The position numbers and the translations under genes were made by a program. Of a stretch of DNA of 64,000 nt, positions 63,677 to 64,000 are shown piece after piece. The notes below the pieces were generated by a model, which saw only the letters and a list, made by a program, of their open reading frames with translations, did no database searches and had not been told where the DNA came from. The DNA is taken from the NCBI GenBank assembly GCA_034414575.1, contig DAOULZ010000004.1, forward strand, positions 6,417 to 70,416. The letters run 5' to 3'. This DNA comes from Dehalococcoidales bacterium (GTDB lineage Bacteria > Chloroflexota > Dehalococcoidia > Dehalococcoidales > UBA5760). Each line of letters opens with the position of its first letter. Within the stretch, counting starts at the first letter, position 1.

Positions 63677-63753
63677 CGGGGTGTAGCGCAGCTTGGTAGC
63701 GCGCAGCGTTCGGGACGCTGAGGTCGGAGGTTCAAGTCCTCTCACCCCGACCA
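63677..63753 (+). tRNA. tRNA-Pro (anticodon CGG)
   Basis: Acceptor CGGGGTG/CACCCCG. Anticodon arm CAGCG-TTCGGGA-CGCTG. T-arm GGAGG-TTCAAGT-CCTCT. CCA is encoded. TATAAT at 63663-63668. Confidence 0.93.
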
Positions 63754-63758
63754 AAGCC

Positions 63759-64000
63759 CTACCTATCCACTTTCCGCTTCGCCTCTTCCCACAGCTCGTT
63801 CTGCTCGGCAAAGGATAACTGGCTAAAGTTAAGCCCCCGCTTTCGGCAGAGCTCCTCCATAGCAGTAAAGCGCGTATAAAAGCGCTCGTTAGCCTGCCGC
63901 AGGGCTGACTCAAGGTCAATCCCCTCCCGGCGGGCGATGTTAGCCAGAGTAAAAAGCAGGTCTCCAAACTCCGCCGCCTTTTCCTCTTGGCTGGTAGCCT
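63759..64000 (-). CDS. mazG: MazG-type nucleoside triphosphate pyrophosphohydrolase, C-terminal part (gene continues past the window end)
   Basis: My minus-strand translation reads ...EEKAAEFGDLLFTLANIARREGIDLESALRQANERFYTRFTAMEELCRKRGLNFSQLSFAEQNELWEEAKRKVDR*, with the stop at 63761..63759. Absent from the ORF track because the start lies outside the window. Confidence 0.8.
   Translation of the reverse strand, partial: ATSQEEKAAEFGDLLFTLANIARREGIDLESALRQANERFYTRFTAMEELCRKRGLNFSQLSFAEQNELWEEAKRKVDR

Noticed and set aside
63662-63967. 101-aa minus-strand ORF
   Set aside because: It covers tRNA-Pro and is in the wrong frame relative to the clear MazG C-terminus that I translate on the same strand (63759..64000).
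1-64000. CRISPR arrays, rRNA genes, transposases/IS elements, group II introns, inteins
   Set aside because: I scanned for regularly spaced direct repeats, rRNA-like conserved blocks, DDE or RT motifs, and abnormal lengths of dnaX, gyrA, ppsA and dnaG. None was seen.

Overview
This 64-kb window is a bacterial chromosome segment. The bacterial assignment rests on dnaX-ybaB-recR, recO, dnaG-rpoD, RF1/RF2 and gyrA. By protein gestalt only it looks Chloroflexota/Dehalococcoidia-like; this is unverified. Most of the window is housekeeping: dnaX, ybaB, recR, recO, lysS, serS, prfB (with its classical +1 frameshift), nfi, rpsP, ppsA, a dGTPase-like HD protein, dnaG, rpoD, an EF-G paralog, prmC-prfA, gyrA and lysC. 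There are three tRNAs: Ser-UGA, Glu-UUC and Pro-CGG.

Accessory content I can support from the sequence:
1. A stand-alone tubulin/FtsZ-superfamily gene (1617-2792) whose motifs look tubulin/CetZ-like rather than FtsZ-like.
2. A low-GC single-gene insertion between recR and recO encoding a protein with a HEPN-type Rx4H motif.
3. A molybdate/tungstate locus (mop, then wtpB-C-A-like genes) preceded by two tandem Moco-riboswitch-like elements.
4. An AT-rich island of about 8 kb (17.2-25.1 kb) ending in a tyrosine integrase next to tRNA-Ser. It carries a frameshifted HigB/HigA pair, an orphan BMP lipoprotein, a guanidino-modifying-superfamily enzyme and small membrane proteins.
5. Inside that island, two inverted copies of an 82-nt structured leader, each behind a near-consensus promoter. 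I could not assign it to any riboswitch class I know. This is my top candidate for something undescribed.
6. A radical-SAM/SPASM plus ASKHA-like two-gene cassette.
7. Several gene remnants: a frameshifted chagasin-family inhibitor, an in-frame etfB'-'etfA fusion, a beta-hydroxyacid dehydrogenase C-terminal fragment and a permease fragment.

No CRISPR array, rRNA or transposase was seen.

Limits: family calls come from reading motifs in the translations. GC shifts were judged by eye. No database search, folding program or alignment tool was used. Promoter, terminator and start-codon calls are manual.
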